DNA of 64,000 nt from the NCBI GenBank assembly GCA_951406725.2, contig OX597817.1:120900001-120964000 (forward strand). Reading direction: 5' to 3'. The position numbers were made by a program, and so were the translations under genes. The stretch's first letter is position 1. Each line of letters opens with the position of its first letter. Source of the DNA: Octopus vulgaris. Its lineage: Eukaryota. The notes below the pieces were generated by a model. The model was not told the origin of the DNA, did no database searches, and saw only the letters and a program-made list of their open reading frames with translations. Of this stretch, positions 39,384 to 52,175 are shown one piece after another.

Positions 39384-40044
39384 ACGTGTGTGTGTGTGTG
39401 TGTGTGTGTGTGTTTATGTATGGAAAGGGAGAGAGAGGGATGTGAAGAGAAGGAAGAATAAATGTAAGATGCTAATTTACATTGAATCTATTGCTCTTGC
39501 TTCAATGTGGATTATGTGTCCATCATTGATCATATATCCATGAATCCAGAATAGGAAAACCCTTCCTTTTATTTTCTAAGTAACAAGCTGTACGCTTCAA
39601 TGTTGGTAAAGCTTCAGTTTATTCAAAGCATTTATTAAGAAAGTAACCTTCTCTAAGCGATTTATTCACAGCCTGTTTGTAAAATCGTTGCTAAAGCTGA
39701 AAAGTAGTTGAAATTGGTTAATATCTTAAAAGTATAATATGACAGGCTTTTAGCTAACCAACTGATCAGTTATTATTGAAATCCATTAATCCTCAGAGAC
39801 CAAACAATAATAAGAGATGACTTAAGGAATCTGAATGCATTTCATTCTTATTCTTGCTTTAAGTGTTGAGGACACTGTCATTCCTATTGCTGAATACAAA
39901 ATTACCAGTATATACAAGAAAACTAATAGAGAATGTAACAGTGATTGCATGTAGGTGTGAATTTAGAAATGAAGAAATGAAATATATAGAACCATTGATT
40001 AACTTATATCTATATTTATCTCTCGATATGTGTGTATGTATGTG

Positions 40045-40071
<27 letters not shown>

Positions 40072-40075
<4 letters not shown>

Positions 40076-40296
40076 CTTTATTTAAAAGCAGCAGAAATTT
40101 AACAAAAGCTGTTACTCGGAGTTTCATGTTCCCATTCCAGTTGTTAACAAAACTGTCTGATGAACGGGAACGTGAAACTCTGAGTAACAGCCTTTGTTAA
40201 ATTTCTGCTGCTTTTAAATAAAGCATATTACTCTACCTCTGGTATTTGAGTACTCTTTTTTCCACCTTGTTTCACATTTATGTGTTTACTCCGGTA
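40072..40296. mobile_element. Palindromic Penelope/retrozyme-like mini-element in (TA)n
   Basis: Arms 40072-40137 and 40162-40227 are about 90% complementary around TTGTTAACAA. It contains an intact hammerhead and has (TA)n on both sides. Confidence 0.75.
40153..40190 (+). ncRNA. Hammerhead ribozyme, minimal type I, intact core
   Basis: CTGT-CTGATGA-ACG-GGAA-CGT-GAAA-CTCTGAG-TA-ACAG. Stem I is CTGT/ACAG, stem II is ACG/CGT with a GGAA tetraloop, stem III is the palindromic ACTC-T-GAGT. Predicted GUA cleavage after 40186. Confidence 0.8.
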
Positions 40297-40305
40297 TATA
40301 TATAT

Positions 40306-40549
40306 GGCACGTAAAAAGCACCATCCGTCCATGGCCGTTTGCAAGCCCCATCTGGCACCTGTGTCGGTGGCACGTAAAAAGCACCCACTACACTCACGGA
40401 GTGGTTGGTGTTAGGAAAGGCATCCAGCCGTAGAAACACTGCCAGACCAGACTGGGCCTGGTGCAGCCTTCTGGCTTCCCAGACCCCAGTTGAACCGTCC
40501 AACCCATGCTAGCATGGAAAGCAGACGCTAAATGATGATGATGATGATG
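40306..40549 (+). mobile_element. Family B/RTE 3' end, young
   Basis: GGCACGTAAAAAGCACC twice, GGAAAGGCATCCAGCCGTAGAAAC, and a (GAT)n tail. Confidence 0.8.
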
Positions 40550-40558
40550 ATACACATA

Positions 40559-40806
40559 CAGAGTATGAGAGGTATTTGAGGACATTTCATTTTTAGTTCA
40601 TTACGCCTTCAAATTATTTAATGTATCATTTTTTTCCTTTCATGTAATCCTTTCAAGATATCATGCTAAATCAAGAAATAAGAAGACATGCATTCATAGT
40701 TGCTATACATACAAACCACAGTGATTTAGAAATTAGCAACTTTCTAAATGTCGGAAGAACATTTGTACAGAAAGTTCAGATGGAATTGAAGGCGTGTGGC
40801 CTATAA
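40559..40806 (+). pseudogene. maT/mariner left end and N-terminal HTH fragment
   Basis: TA|CAGAGT terminus. ATG at 40663 gives MLNQEIRRHAFIVAIHTNHSDLEISNFLNVGRTFVQKVQMELKACG, a typical mariner-family HTH start. Confidence 0.65.
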
Positions 40807-41303
40807 CCTCCCTTCAAATTGAAAGGAAGAAGCTGTGCATAGCAGAATGGGTGAGGATATTAAAAGAACTCCCTTGACCTGGGGAGCATCTTAAATTCCA
40901 AGACAGAAGTTTTGGGACCTTGTTTACATTTCAGGTGATTTCTACTATAATTCTAGGACTTACAAACTGATGTAGAGGGCATTCCAGATAGTGGTCAAGG
41001 GAGACAATCCCTTGTGCATGACATTTGTGTGTTAGAAAACTAGCCACACAGCCTTTTCTCACTCCAATTTAAAGAGAGGTTATAGGTCACCAGCCATTAG
41101 GGGTCTGGTGAGATGTGTGAAAAGTTAAGTACTTTATGGATGTGAAACCCTGAGTAACTCTATGAACTGGCTATAGCTAGCATTCTCTATCTCTCTCTCT
41201 CTTCCACTCTGTATATATATATATATATATATCAAAATAAGAAGTACACTCTTAAGAATAGAACAGTAAGTATTAAAACATAAAGTTTAAATTCTGGTTA
41301 TAG

Positions 41304-41361
41304 AGTGACCAATGGTTTTGTATCCATGAAAGCTACAGCCTTGTGGATAGCTCATCAGACT
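41304..41361 (-). ncRNA. Hammerhead motif with a G12 to A change (CpG decay)
   Basis: Minus strand AGT-CTGATGA-GCTATCCA...TGGATAC-AAAA-CCATTG-GTC-ACT. Palindromic stem III ACCATTGGT and a GUC site; lies next to a (TA)n tract. Confidence 0.6.
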
Positions 41362-41509
41362 ATACAAAGACAAATATCTGAGCTAATATATCAATGTTAA
41401 TTTCTTGCAGGTTAAATTAATAAATTGACAAACAGAATTTATTAAACAATGGATAACTGTTATAAAAATACCAAATCTATAATTTAGATTCTGTACAAAT
41501 TATTTGTAG

Positions 41510-41783
41510 CTGGCACTGTATTGAGTCTGGCTCCTGTGCCAGTGGCACACAAAAATCACTATCTGAACGTGATTGATGCCAGGCCTGCCTAACTGGCCCC
41601 TGTGCTGGTGGCATGTAAAAAGCACTCACTACACTCATGGAGTGGTTGGCATTAGGAAGGGCATCTAGCTGTAGAAACATTGCCAGATCAGTTTGGAGCC
41701 TGGTGCAGCTGTTTGGCTCTCCAGACCTCAGTCAAACCGTCCAACCCATGCCAACATGGAAAATGGATGTTAAACGATGAGGA
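41510..41783 (+). mobile_element. Family B/RTE 3' end with hairpin units
   Basis: CTGGCCCCTGTGCTGGTGGCATGTAAAAAGCAC...TTAAACGATGAGGAT. Confidence 0.75.
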
Positions 41784-42644
41784 TAAACCTACTGAGTGTA
41801 AAAAAAGGACCAGCAGTCACTGTGGGTAAACATTTAATCACAGATCAGTATAATTGCAGCTAATCCGGTGGCAAATGTGAAGATGTCAAAAGAAGCAACT
41901 CTATACAGTGAGCAGGAAATGGTTAATCCAATAGATGGAGTTAAAATTTTTGTGATAATGATGGACTTAATGAAAATTAATTCTGTTATACTTGAATAAT
42001 AAAATGTCAACACTAAAATTTTCTTTGCAACACAGATTAAAAATTAAGACTTTAATCCTTGATTAAATATGATATCTCCATACCATTGGGAATAATTGTT
42101 CATTACATGACGGTAATTAAAACATGACTTGAAATTAGACTTGGTTTCTTCACGAGCCAGTAAAAGAATCTCTAGAGGCCACTTGACATGCTAAAAATAG
42201 CAGCAAAATCACTCAAAGTACACTCTACCATTTTAAATAAGGACACATTAGATAATGTAGTTCAACATATCCCTAAGCTAACAGAAAGGTCCTTACTAGA
42301 TGATAAGTTTTCAGCATAGGTCTGCTGAATCAGGGTTGATAACAACCAGGTTGTTTGGTAACTTGTTATTCTTGTAAATATTGTGGGTTTTTTTTTACTT
42401 GTTTCAGTCATTTGATTGTGGCCATTATAGGGCACTACCTTAAAGGGTACCAGTCAAATTGACCCCAGGACTTCTTTTTTTTTTAAGCTTGGTACTTATT
42501 CTATCTGTTTTTCTTTGCTGAACTGCTACATTATGGGGACATAAGCACACCAACACTATATATACATGACAGGCTTCTTCCTGTTACTGTCTACCAAATC
42601 CACTCATAAGTCTTTGGTTGACCCAAGTCTATAATAGAAGATAT

Positions 42645-43050
42645 TGAACAATGCAATCATTACATCAATTTAAATGCAGGGCTATCCTCAGCTGCATATA
42701 TAAATAGAGTTTTTTAATCAGTTGGACACATTAATATAATTTAACTTAAATTCTCTAATAGAGCAAGAAGAGGGAAAAAGTCCATGTTGCTACTAATGTA
42801 ACTCAAAATATATTACACTTCTTCGAACTGTATGAAGTTTGTTAGGGTCATACTTTGTAACGGATTGTGGTTCATTTTTCATTTATTAGTCTTTTTTATC
42901 AACTATCAAATCTAAGGCTAGAGGACAGTGTCTGTTTAGAATGGATAGACAGAGTGAGTTGACAGTTTGTAGTTGGGTATGGTCATAAATATTGTCAGCC
43001 CTGCATTTAAATTGATGCACTGGTTGCATTTTTCAATTAAATGGAGCTGC
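42645..43050. repeat. Inverted repeat (~42 bp) whose arms carry complementary halves of a hammerhead
   Basis: CATCAATTTAAATGCAGGGCT (about 42663-42683) versus AGCCCTGCATTTAAATTGATG (about 42997-43017). The left arm continues on the minus strand to CTGAGGA; the right arm continues to GAAACGGTTGTA. Confidence 0.5.
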
Positions 43051-43799
43051 TTGAAACGGTTGTACTACATCACCTCTTAATATCCGGTTGCTTATTTTGA
43101 TAGACATACATAAATATGTATAAATGCATATATACATATGTATGTATATATATATACTGATGCTTATATGATGAAAAAAGCATGTGGACAGAAACTAGTG
43201 AGTTTACACTTCCATGGAAATGACTTTATGTTGTTATTTCATCTCATCTTCTCTTACCATAATTCTCTTCTCAAGTTTAACATGATTACTCTAGTAACAA
43301 ACATATTACGATGGATATTTAAAAAAAGAATTCTGTTTACTTTAAATTCCTAGCATTTCAAATTACAACAAAAAAAAAACAGCAAAAATCCAGGCAAAGT
43401 TTAATTTCTTTTAAATTCTCTCCATATTGGAATTAAGTTTCTTGTAAGATGTGGTTCTTTGTGTCTAACCCTTACAAATATGTACTTCTATTTATGATAT
43501 ATGGTCATTTTTATGCTAGTCATTATTGTGGTCTAGAAACAGATGGGATTATTTTACTAGTTTATAATCCATTCAGGTACCCACCAAAAAAAATTATTTA
43601 AAAAATGAGTGAGATTGAAAAGCTAAATGATTATGAGTTTGCAATCAACAGATTTTGGACAAAGAATCTATTTTTATAAAGAACCAAAAATTGAATCCAC
43701 TTGACCACTCACTAAAATATTCGTTTTTATTTTTTTTGTGTCTTCATTGCATTCCTTTTAGCTATTTTGATAATGTTTTGGGAGTCTGTCTATTATCAT

Positions 43800-43887
43800 T
43801 GAAATCCTTTTGCTGACTGAAAACAACATTTATTAGGAGTGGAGTATCCACTCCTAAGAACTGTTGTTTTTCAGTAAAAGTATTTCA
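43800..43887. repeat. ~88-bp hairpin
   Basis: CTGAAAACAACA..TTAGGAGTGGA-GTA-TCCACTCCTAA..TGTTGTTTTTCAG. Confidence 0.75.
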
Positions 43888-43916
43888 TTATGTTATTCTT
43901 TTTTTCCCCATCTTAC

Positions 43917-43947
<31 letters not shown>

Positions 43948-46224
43948 GCTTATATAGATAAACTCCTCTCATGAAAAGTTTTAATCATAACAACAATGAT
44001 CTGTCAAATACTCTAAAGAGATGGGGCTTTGTTGACAAGTTATTTTAAGGGTTTCTTGATAGTTCTAATTCTTTGCTCAGAGAAATATATAGATTGATAT
44101 TGTCTGCAATGAAAATATTAGATACGAAGTGCTCTATTGAAAAAGCTTATTCTGAAAGGAAATATGGATTCTTTTTACAATTCATCTTGGCTTCATTATT
44201 TGTATTCATCTTAAATTACTTACAGTCCACTCACTTCTTAAGTTCAGATTTTTGGTTCAAATAATTTACTGTGCTCAGAAACTTTCAATAACAGAAAGTT
44301 GTTATAAAAATACTGGCAATTATTGTTTGTCTTCTAGTTCATTATTCTGTTACTACATAACATAGTTTTTGCTTCTGTTAAAAATTTTCTCAAAAGTTTC
44401 ACTTCTATAATTTCTGAAATTTATCTCATTTTCTTTTCCTTGTTTTTAATCTTCTATTTTACTTTAGAGAACTAAATCTTTATTATTTTTGCTGCATTTG
44501 TGATTGATGTTAAATAAGTATCTGAGGTATGGGTATGTGTGTGGTGTGTGTGTATGTGTGTGCGTGTGTGTATGTGTGTGCACATGTGTGTGTGTATGTG
44601 TGCGCACATGTGTGTGAATATATGAAGGGAAGAACTTTCATATTTCAACAAAAAGCTAATAAGATTTTTTAAAAGAAAGCTTCGTTTTTGCAAGTTCCAG
44701 TAGACTGGTAGCTTAAATTTAGCATTTGAGTTTATAGAGTAAAACCCATAGTATTTAAACACATTCTAATTGGATAAACGATAGCTCAATACAGCCTCTT
44801 GTTATGCTAGAAATGGCAGTTAAATCATCACAGTAAAAAAAACATTCACTGTACATCCCTTATAGAAGGACATATTGGATAATGTGATCACAGACATCAT
44901 CATTTTATGGCATAAGTCAGATGTAATTTGCTGAGGTAGATTTTCTTCCTGATGTCAACCCTCATTTGTTCCCAAACAAAGTAATATTTTCACAAAAGAC
45001 TAAATGTTTTGAAGAATCCGCTAAATACTATAAATCTACCTCACTAGCTAACCACTTACATAACCTGAAGGAACACTGTGTACATACAACATTACTTGGT
45101 CTATCCATGTTGGTAATTCTTAAAAGAATCTATACAAATTCTGTTACCTAATCCACAGCAATTATTAAACAGGTGATAAATGAAAAGTTTACCACTTGTG
45201 TCCACAAATTCTGCAAAACGTTCTAATTTTATTGCAAATGTATATGCAGTACTTTGAATCTCTCGAGAAATTCTCACCCACATAAAGTAGATATATGCCT
45301 ATTTATTTTATTTAATTTAATCTGTAATGCACCACTTTATTCATCATCTTTTACTTGACTATCATTCTATATACCCATCTGATATCTTTATTTGATTCCC
45401 CTTATTCTAAATGTACCACTTACACCAATTCTGTTTGATTCCATATTGCATAATTCTTAATTTCCCCATCCATTCTGATTGTAATTACATTACAACAATT
45501 TAACTAAATATTATTCTCAAGTGACCACTTATCATATTTTAGGAATCAATTTAGATATTCTCTGCTAATGTACTAATTTTAAGATGTGTCTGTTTTTACT
45601 CTTCTGCTACTCCTATAGCCACTCTTAATAATATGTATACTCTTCACCGAACTTACAGTTTTAAATATTATTTCCTTATTGTTACAATAAATAATTTCTC
45701 TATTTTGATAACTATCAACAAATGCATACATCTAAAGCATACTCACTACCCTCAGAACTCCATCATCCTAGGCAGCATGACAATTTTCTTGTTCTGTTGT
45801 AGTAGGGCACCCTCATCTGAAATGCCACATGCTGTGAAATCTTCTTCAGTGGCAGCTACCAGCCCAGACTCCACTGCTCATCAGGCTGAGGAAAACAAAC
45901 TGTCAGAATATTAGTTGCTTTGACAGGTTTATGGTCAAGCCTGAGGCAGTGGTGACTTCCAGCATTCTTGGCCCTAGACTGCTGTTCGCCTGTTCACCAC
46001 TCTTGAGGTGGAGATGGATATACACAAGTGCAAGCCCTGTATGTCAGTGTGGGTGTTCCAGCACATCTCCCTCACCATCCTCCGGAGCAACACCTTTTCC
46101 ATTTTGTCTACTGGGACCATGTGGTGCTCTGAATTACAGGAAATCAGGAGAATATACATACATAATATCATGCTTAACTTTAATCACTTCTCAACTCTCT
46201 TGTATCTCCCACACCCTATACTTA

Positions 46225-46484
46225 TGTTGTGTGGACACCCCCAGATGATGAAGTAGGCTAGCCCAATATTGAGATATAGAGGAAAAAGCCTAGAGCACAG
46301 TTGAGTAGCAGTTGGAGTAGACTAAAGTAGAGAGAACAGAGTAGTTGAGGCATCCGAACATGCGATATAACAGTGGCGATGAGGATTTCTTAGCTCACAC
46401 AGCCACTGTATAGTATTGCGACATAACAATGGCGACAAGGATTTTGTAGCACACACAACCACTGTGTAGTATTGTGATATAACA
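46225..46484 (+). mobile_element. Mini LTR-type element (TG...CA, 5-bp TSD) with two tandem tRNA-Ser PBS-like sites
   Basis: ACTTA|TGTTGTG...TATAACA|ACTTA. 56-bp tandem units start at 46362, 46418 and 46474, containing ACA-N-TGGCGATGAGGAT and ACA-N-TGGCGACAAGGAT. Confidence 0.7.
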
Positions 46485-46704
46485 ACTTAGTATAAATCTT
46501 TCCTTTCCACACCCATCATACTGACCACCATAACGAACTGCTGTAGATAGTAGTTATTCCTTATCTTGTAATTAACCCCCTCCTCACTGGTTCAGCTAGC
46601 TAACTCATAATTCTAACACACTTGTCTTACATGCTGTTGCCACTGTACACATGGTCTTCTTAACACCATTCTATGTAGCTTCTCCATTCTCTACGCATAT
46701 TGAT

Positions 46705-46910
46705 TTCATATTTTGGTACAAGGACAGGAATTCTGGAGAGAGGTGAAGTCAATTACATCGGCCTCAGTACTCAACTGGTACATATTTTATCTAGCATGGA
46801 AAGATGAAAGGCAAAGTTGACCTCAGCAGAATTTGAACTCGCAACATAAAGCAGGACGAAATACTGCTAAGCATTTTGCCCAGCGTGCTAACGATTTTGT
46901 CAGCTTTCTA
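46705..46910 (-). mobile_element. Family C SINE
   Basis: GATGAAAGGCAAAGTTGACCTC..GAATTTGAACTC...GCTAACGATT. Confidence 0.75.
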
Positions 46911-47571
46911 CCTTTCCTGCCCTACTCATATCGGCACCAGTGACTCCTCTCTATATATCCTCCAGTAACTTTAGAAATTTATGTATCTATCTCTTGCCCT
47001 GACAGTTAGTTTTTATCTATCCTCATATTATTAAGACTTTGTTTTCTCTGCTTCTTTTCCTTTAAACTTTCCCCTGCACCTCCCACAACAGTAGACCAAA
47101 ATTCTCTACTAAGGATCTACATCGTTCTCTCTCTGGTGATGATACAGACTGCTATTCTTTAGGTAGCTGCAGCTCGTTTTCAGAGAAATGCACCATCTGC
47201 ACATCCATTCTTGAAACAGCTGTAAAGTCTATCTGCATAGCTTCTTCCTTCTTTATGATATATACTCCTGTAACAACTGAATCTTCAAGTTTAAATATAT
47301 AAATGTCATAATCTAACCTCACACTAATCGTTTGCCTGTTCATACTTTTAGTCTATTACACATGCTCCTGCTCAATTGATAAACTGTCCTATAGCCAATC
47401 ACTATTAGGCAATTATAACATCCTTGCTTTTAGTTGCATTACAAGTTGGAGTTTTAGATATCAAGTCAACCTAAGCACTAATTCTATGTACCTAATGTCA
47501 TCAAATATATTACCTAAATTCTATATACACATACATATATCTTATGCATGTATGCATGTGCACACACATGC

Positions 47572-47613
<42 letters not shown>

Positions 47614-48034
47614 AATATAACATATCATTTTCTGTTTCTGCCTTTAGGCTTTCACTTCATACATGCCAGCTCAATTTGATTTGTTCTCAATTGAAAGACA
47701 CCCGTTGTTATATTCTTGTTGTTTGTATTTGTAATTGTGTACCATGTTCTCCGTTTTTTTTTCTTTTTTGTTTTCTTTGTTGCTGTACACATTTGCTAGC
47801 TTTCTTACAAAAAATCTAACACTCTTAGCTTAGACTTTTTGGGTGACAACCAGATCCAACTGTCTCAAGTGTAACTGCCCGAAACAATAAGGACTTCTGG
47901 TAACTTGACTGAGGAAAGAAGGCCACGAATGACCCATCTTTGCTTTCTTGTCCTTCTAATTGTTGTTTCTCCTGAACACCTTTGTATCATCTATCTGTCT
48001 GAATGTTTTGTCCGCTGTTGCATTTTTGTTCCAC

Positions 48035-48065
<31 letters not shown>

Positions 48066-48327
48066 GTGAGATAGAGAAAAGGACACAATTGTAAATTGAT
48101 AGAAACAGAGTATTGAATGAAATGCCTTGAGCACCTTGCATACCATGCCAAGATCAAATTTGTCCTCTCTTCTTTCTGGATGAAATGGAAGTGTCTCTGT
48201 CTAAGGCAGTGGACTGGAAAAGAACAATATTAGAGCATTGGATTTGATGCCATCATAGTTTTTGTTTAAGCTCTTTGCATTCTGGGTTTGAATTTTCTAT
48301 GACCAGCCATTGTGAGGTCTTACTATA

Positions 48328-48708
48328 TCTTTTATCTTTTACTTGTTTCAGTCATTAGACTATAGCCATGCTAAGGCACTGTCTTAAGGAATTTTAGTCA
48401 AACTAATCAACTTTAGTACTTATTTTTAAGCTTGGTACTCATTCTGTTGGTTGGTCTCTTTGCCAAACCACTAAGTTATGGGGGATGTAACCACACCAGC
48501 ATTGGTTGTCAAGCAGTAGGATGGGGAACAAACACAGACACAAAGACAAACACACACTACGAGCCTCTTTTAGCTTCTGTCTACCAAATCCACTCATAAG
48601 GCTTTGGCCAGCCCAAGGCTATAGTAGAATACAGTTGCCCATGGGGCCACACAGTGGGAATGAATCCGAAAACATGTAATTGGGAAGCAAACTTATTACC
48701 ACATGGCT
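48328..48708 (-). mobile_element. Family A SINE, diverged
   Basis: TTTTACTTGTTTCAGTCATT...CTACCAAATCCACTC...TACCACATGGC. Confidence 0.75.
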
Positions 48709-49703
48709 AAATAAAGAAAAACAACAAAACAAAAAAAAACACAGTTCTTGATCCCCTACCCTCCCTAGAATGTGAATGTTCACATTTGCTTTCTTAACCA
48801 ACCTCGACAAATATGGAAATGCAGATTTTTAAAATGGAAATAACTAAATCAAAATCAAATTCATGAGTATCAACATCAATAATAAATTCACAATTGCAGA
48901 CTGCATAGAATTCTACCATTCATATTGATGTTAATCTAATAATAAAAAAAAGAAAAGAAGAAAGAAAGACAACTATAATAGACACACTCTGTCTTATTTA
49001 TGGCCAACTTATCACTGCTAGAATATCACTCTTTATAATACCATTTTCACTTTAGTCACAATTACTCTGACCATTCCATTTCATGCATGATCAAACAATA
49101 TTTTAAATCAAAAGCAGCAATAATCATTTGTAACTATCTACCATATCCTTAAGAGAATTGTCAATCCTTGGTCAATTACCAAAAACTTTAGGAAATTACA
49201 AGGAAAGTTTTCTTTTGCTGATTTACTACATTGGTTGGAATTGAAGGTTAAACCATAACTTGTATTGTGAAATTGATTTACAAATTTCATTTCTCTGGCT
49301 TTTATTCACAACTGATAAAGTCAGCGATAAGTTCCTATTTCCTGAGAAATCATGTTATGTTGTCCAAATATGTCAAACTTCTCAGCTGAAAGATTAATGC
49401 AATGCATTTAGGACTCAGTAGTATGAAGTTCAGAATCTACCAAAAGTAGTTCTATAAAGCACCAAACACTATTATATTTAATTTCTACATGGAAAGTAAC
49501 AAATCCATTTTGAGTGACAGACCTAACTGGTTGCATGGTTTAGTAGCACTACCTGGTGCTTTAATCCACTCTGCAGCAAGCATCCAAACTAGGTCTCTTG
49601 ATTTCAAGATAGCTGAATGCTTGTTGTGCTGGAGTGCTACTTCCTACTGCAGCATCCTATCTGAATTTTACTGCTTCAGCACAGCCATAAAATGGAAGGT
49701 ACC

Positions 49704-50109
49704 CAGGGCTGGATTAAGACCCAACAAGACCCTAAGCACTTAAAAAATTTTGGTGCCTCCATAAAAGATTATGTAATTCAAAATATATAAATCTTTATTT
49801 CTCAAAATGAAACAAAACAGTAAGAGGGAAAATAATGTTTCTTTTTGTATACTTCCACTTTATTTATATTTGAAAAGTTTCCTCCTACATTTTTGAATTG
49901 CAAAGTCTTTGATCAGATCCTCAAAATTAATCTTAGGTAACGCATCTGCATCTCTACTTAGAAGAGATAAAGGCATCCTGAATATTATTTTAGCAAGATT
50001 AAAGTGATTTCTTTTGTGCCATAAGCCATTTAACATTTCAGTAGTGCCCCCTCCTTTCCTTGATACCTTAAGCAGGTGCTTATTTTGCTTAATGGCTAAT
50101 CCAGTGCTG
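49704..50109 (-). mobile_element. Internally deleted hAT transposon retaining the transposase C-terminus
   Basis: TIRs CAGGGCTGGATTA / TAATCCAGTGCTG with subterminal TAAGCAC-like motifs. Minus strand LSLLSRDADALPKINFEDLIKDFAIQKCRRKLF matches a hAT dimerisation-domain end. The flanking 8-mers match 5/8. Confidence 0.75.
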
Positions 50110-50653
50110 AGTGTACTTTACAGTCATGTTGTTGTTAGGGTACTCTCAAAGGAAAGGTTAATCTGGAGTGGTTCCCTTTTACCTGCTTCAGTATTAAGAA
50201 TGAGGCCTAAATATATAAGGATTGTAAAAACAAAAGGTAACTGTAGCATTCATGATTTTTCCAATCACTTTGTTAATGCAGCGAACTTGGTATCACCAAG
50301 GAATATCATCAGTCGTTGATTTGGTTTAACAGGAACATTCAGTTCTATGACACATAAATTATATCAATTGTTTGCAATATATAAATTGTATAATCTTAAC
50401 ACACACACAAACATACGCACCATCATCATCATCTATGATTGCCCAGCTCTGATGAACATGCGATATTATTTTACTGTGCAATTATCTAACATCCAGTTTA
50501 ATATGCAGTGCAAAAACTGATTGGTAAGATCAGCCACAATATATATAAAATATACTGTATACTTTGATTTATTTATATACATATGTGTGTGTATGTATAT
50601 ATATATATACACAGACGCACATACAGATGTATACATGTATGTACATGCATATA

Positions 50654-50693
<40 letters not shown>

Positions 50694-50728
50694 TGCATAA
50701 ATGTACATATATATATGTATATATATAA

Positions 50729-50780
<52 letters not shown>

Positions 50781-51299
50781 ATATATACATGCATGTATGT
50801 ATACATGCACACATAAACTTACTGACATGCATATGCATTCATATGCATACATATAAGTGTATGCGTGAATGTATGCCTTGTTTACTTTAATTCAATCTGT
50901 CTACAATAAACTAGAAATAAGCTCATCAAATTTTAAATATTGTATATTCCATTCCATTTAAAATATTTTACATTATTTATCTTAAACTTAGTTATGTAAT
51001 CCAATTTTTTTTAAAGTGTTTTTACTTATATTATTAAAATCGCTCTCTCTGTCTCTCTCTCTCTCTCCACACACACATGCACACACAGATATGTACATAC
51101 ATATATACATGTGTGTTTGTGTTAATAATTTTATTTTGCTGCATAACTGCTTTCTTAATAAGTTGATTTAATTGGATAGCTTCATTTTACAGTAGAAATT
51201 ACCAGAAATATTTGAGTCACTGAATGAAGCAATGCAACCACGTTTTCAGCCACAAGGGTTTCACAAGATTATGTAATAAAACAAAGTTCTACGATTTAT

Positions 51300-51727
51300 T
51301 CTTTTATTCTTTTACTTGTTTCAGTCATTTGACTATGGCCATGCTAGAGTACCGTCTTAAAGGGTTTTAGTTGAAGACATCAACACCCAAGACTTATTCT
51401 TTGTAAGCCTAGTACTTATTCTATCAATCTCTTTTGCCAAACTGCTAAGTTACAGAGACATAAACACACCAGAATTGGTTGTCAAGAAATGGTGGTGGGG
51501 ACAAACACAAACACACACGCACATAAACACACACATGTATGTATGTGTATACATATATATATATATATATGATAGGCTTCTTTCAGTTTCCATCTACCAA
51601 ATCTACTCACAAGGCTTTGATCAGCCTGAGGCCATAGTAGAAGACACTTGCATAAAGTGTCACACAGTGGGTCTGAACCTTGACCCATGTGGTTGGGAAG
51701 CAAGCTTCTTACCACACAGCCTTGCCT
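51300..51727 (-). mobile_element. Family A SINE
   Basis: Full reverse copy. Confidence 0.85.
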
Positions 51728-51809
51728 GTTCCTTTTATGAAATTGTGTTTAGTACAACATGGAATATTTGAAATAATATTTCTGGTTTCAAATCCATAAA
51801 TAGTCTCGG

Positions 51810-52175
51810 GATGCAGGCATGGCAGTGTGGTAAGAAGTTTGTCTAGCATTTTGGACAAGTGTCTTCTACTATAGCCTCGAGCCAACAAAAGACTTGTAAG
51901 TGAATCTGGAAGATAAAAACTGAAAGAAGCTCATCATATATATATATATCTATATCTATCTGTGTGTGTCTTTGTGTCAGTGTATATCCCACACCACTGT
52001 TCAAGAACAGGTGTTGGTGTGTTTACATCTGCAAAACTTAGCGATTAAGCAAAAGAGACTGATAGAATAAGTACCAGGCTTGGAAAAAATCTATACTGGG
52101 GTTGATTAATTCAACTAAAAATTCTTCAAGGCAGTGCTCCAGAATGGCTGCAGTCAAATGGCTGAAACTAGTAAA
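51810..52175 (+). mobile_element. Family A SINE with an internal deletion in the head
   Basis: GATGCAGGCATGGCAGTGTGGTAAG...GGCTGAAACTAGTAAA. Confidence 0.75.

Noticed and set aside
45870-45900. Other isolated CTGANGA heptamers (also near 8409, 47908, 50449, 57125)
   Set aside because: No properly placed GAAA/UH with closing stems; expected by chance.
49489-49743. 84-aa ORF as a host exon
   Set aside because: No recognisable domain, it runs into a hAT TIR, and there is no convincing pair of splice sites.
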